Of a stretch of DNA of 64,000 nucleotides, positions 62,286 to 64,000 are shown piece after piece. The notes beneath the pieces are model-generated. The model was not told where the DNA came from. It saw only the letters and a program-made list of their open reading frames with translations, and made no database searches. The position numbers and the translations under genes were made by a program. The DNA comes from Adineta vaga (lineage: Eukaryota; Animalia; Rotifera). Location: contig CP075497.1 in assembly GCA_021613535.1 (NCBI GenBank), forward strand, positions 9,920,001-9,984,000, written 5' to 3'. Numbering within the stretch: the first letter of the stretch is position 1; every line of letters starts with the position of its first letter.

Positions 62286-64000
62286 GTTTGAAGAAAGGTT
62301 GAGGAGGTTAGCAAGTTGTCGGATGTTCTGAAATAAAGAAGAAGAATTTCAAAAAATAAATCTTTCCTCTTTCATATAGTATATCAATACATAAATAATA
62401 TATAGATGTATTTCTTCAGAAAATCATTGCTCAAATGAAGACGTAAGTTACGAGCAAATATACTTTAGATAATGGCGTCCTCAAGTCATTTCTATTTTTT
62501 TTCTAATAAAAAGAGTGACAAGAACATCATATAAAGATCGATGATGATGTTTCGACAAGTTTCTACAAAAGAAGAAGGATTGCAACATGAAACTAGTCAC
62601 CGTTGTTATTTTTTTTATATTTCTTGCATAGCTTTCTTTGTTACACTATTATAATTCTCAGGAGATATCGAGCACAAATGTATGTATAGATGTCTGCGTA
62701 TGTAAAAGAGCATGAAAATCAGCAGGAGACTGTTCGTTTGACGTTTGTATGTGACATTAATTGCAATTCTTTTTGTCTTTCTCTTCTGGTTTTTTTCTCT
62801 TCTTTTCGCCTTTCCAATTTATCTCTAATACTATCTTCTATTGAAATCAACTGACAAAAACGAAGAGCATGGCAAACAATTAACTTTTATCTCAAGCAAT
62901 CGCTTACATTTCTATGTTCTATTCATCAATCTCGACGAACTCATATAATATTAAAGAAATCTGAAATCGAATGACATTATGAAATCAAATTAGGTGACAA
63001 ATGAATAAAAAAAACATGCAATCTTAACAATAACATGAAAAAGAAATCAATGATACTAATAGATCTTGTCATTCAACAGTGATGACATTAAGATCTCATG
63101 TCAAATATCCAACGACAAATCATGGCTTATATTCTATATCTCAATCAAAAAACTTTGCCTTTCTCTTTCTATAAAAGTCAGAAAACAAGATTCTAATCTA
63201 ATAATATTTATTGTATACTCTCAATCTCGAAAATGGCGAAGTAAGGATTAAAGAAAATAAATATACAATTTCCTTCATCTATTTCACCTACGTAAAAAAA
63301 AAGAATTCTTCATCAATAAATGTAGACTTAACGATCGAGTCTAAACAAAAGCTTAATACTAAAGAAAAACTTGCGTCTATATTTACCTAACAAACGAACT
63401 CATTTACGTGAACAGATTTTCTATCAGGTGAAAAATCCACGTAAATATACAACTAAAGTCTTGTAAATGTTCAATTCTACTCTCTCACTATGATCATAAT
63501 TTCAAAAAGAAAACACGAGAAGTCTAACAATAAGTTATTCTGATTTCATAGGAATTAGTAAGGATTACCTTGAAAGAATATTATGCTAAAGTATAAGATT
63601 TTTTAATATCATGCATACAGTTATATACTATTGTGTTAATAAAACATTTATTGTGATTAACCATACTTTTCATTCATCTGTAGTATAATAGAAAAGGCAA
63701 AAAAAAAAGGATGATGATGAGATGCATAGAAATGGAACGATTGATTGATTGATTGGTTTTTCCGGAAAGGAAGTAGTAGAGAAGAAAGAAAGTGTGATAT
63801 ACACAACTCGAAAAGAACTTAGCTGACTCACACGTAACAGTTCAATGTCATAAAATTAATACAGATAGTCAACGCATTAGTTGCCGATGACGCACAACTT
63901 CATAAGGAGAAAAAAAAGAACGCGAATAAATAGATGAAGTTTTGAATTATTCATCGAATGTTTCACAATAATAATGGCAGAGAGAATTTTAGGTCAATAT

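Noticed and set aside
1-64000. CRISPR arrays, prokaryotic operons, intact transposase or reverse transcriptase genes, clear bacterial HGT genes
   Set aside because: None seen; all recognisable genes are eukaryotic/metazoan-type and most contain spliceosomal introns.

Overview
This is AT-rich, gene-dense animal genomic DNA with many short (~50-60 nt) GT-AG introns. It is most consistent with a small invertebrate such as a bdelloid rotifer (inference from style only). Genes in order: 3' end of a TEP1-like WD40 gene; a divergent syntaxin-like tail-anchored protein; an unknown multi-exon gene; a Kir channel; TMEM127; LIS1; a FER/FES kinase; two tandem DDIT4/REDD1 (scylla/charybde) paralogs; a large Shroom gene; a solitary 5S rRNA gene; and an atypical kinase. 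These are followed by a run of minus-strand genes: a propeller-like orphan, AMN1, NAGK, a Q/N/S/Y-rich orphan, a small orphan, HGS/Hrs, LCMT1 and a -FKYamide neuropeptide precursor. The best leads are (1) a candidate trans-spliced operon, with only 59 nt between the LCMT1 stop and the HGS ATG; (2) domain-restricted homogenisation of the two DDIT4 paralogs; (3) an unclassified amidated neuropeptide precursor; (4) a kinase with a truncated C-lobe; and (5) a syntaxin-like SNARE lacking the zero-layer Gln. Exon structures were assembled by eye and no database searches were run.
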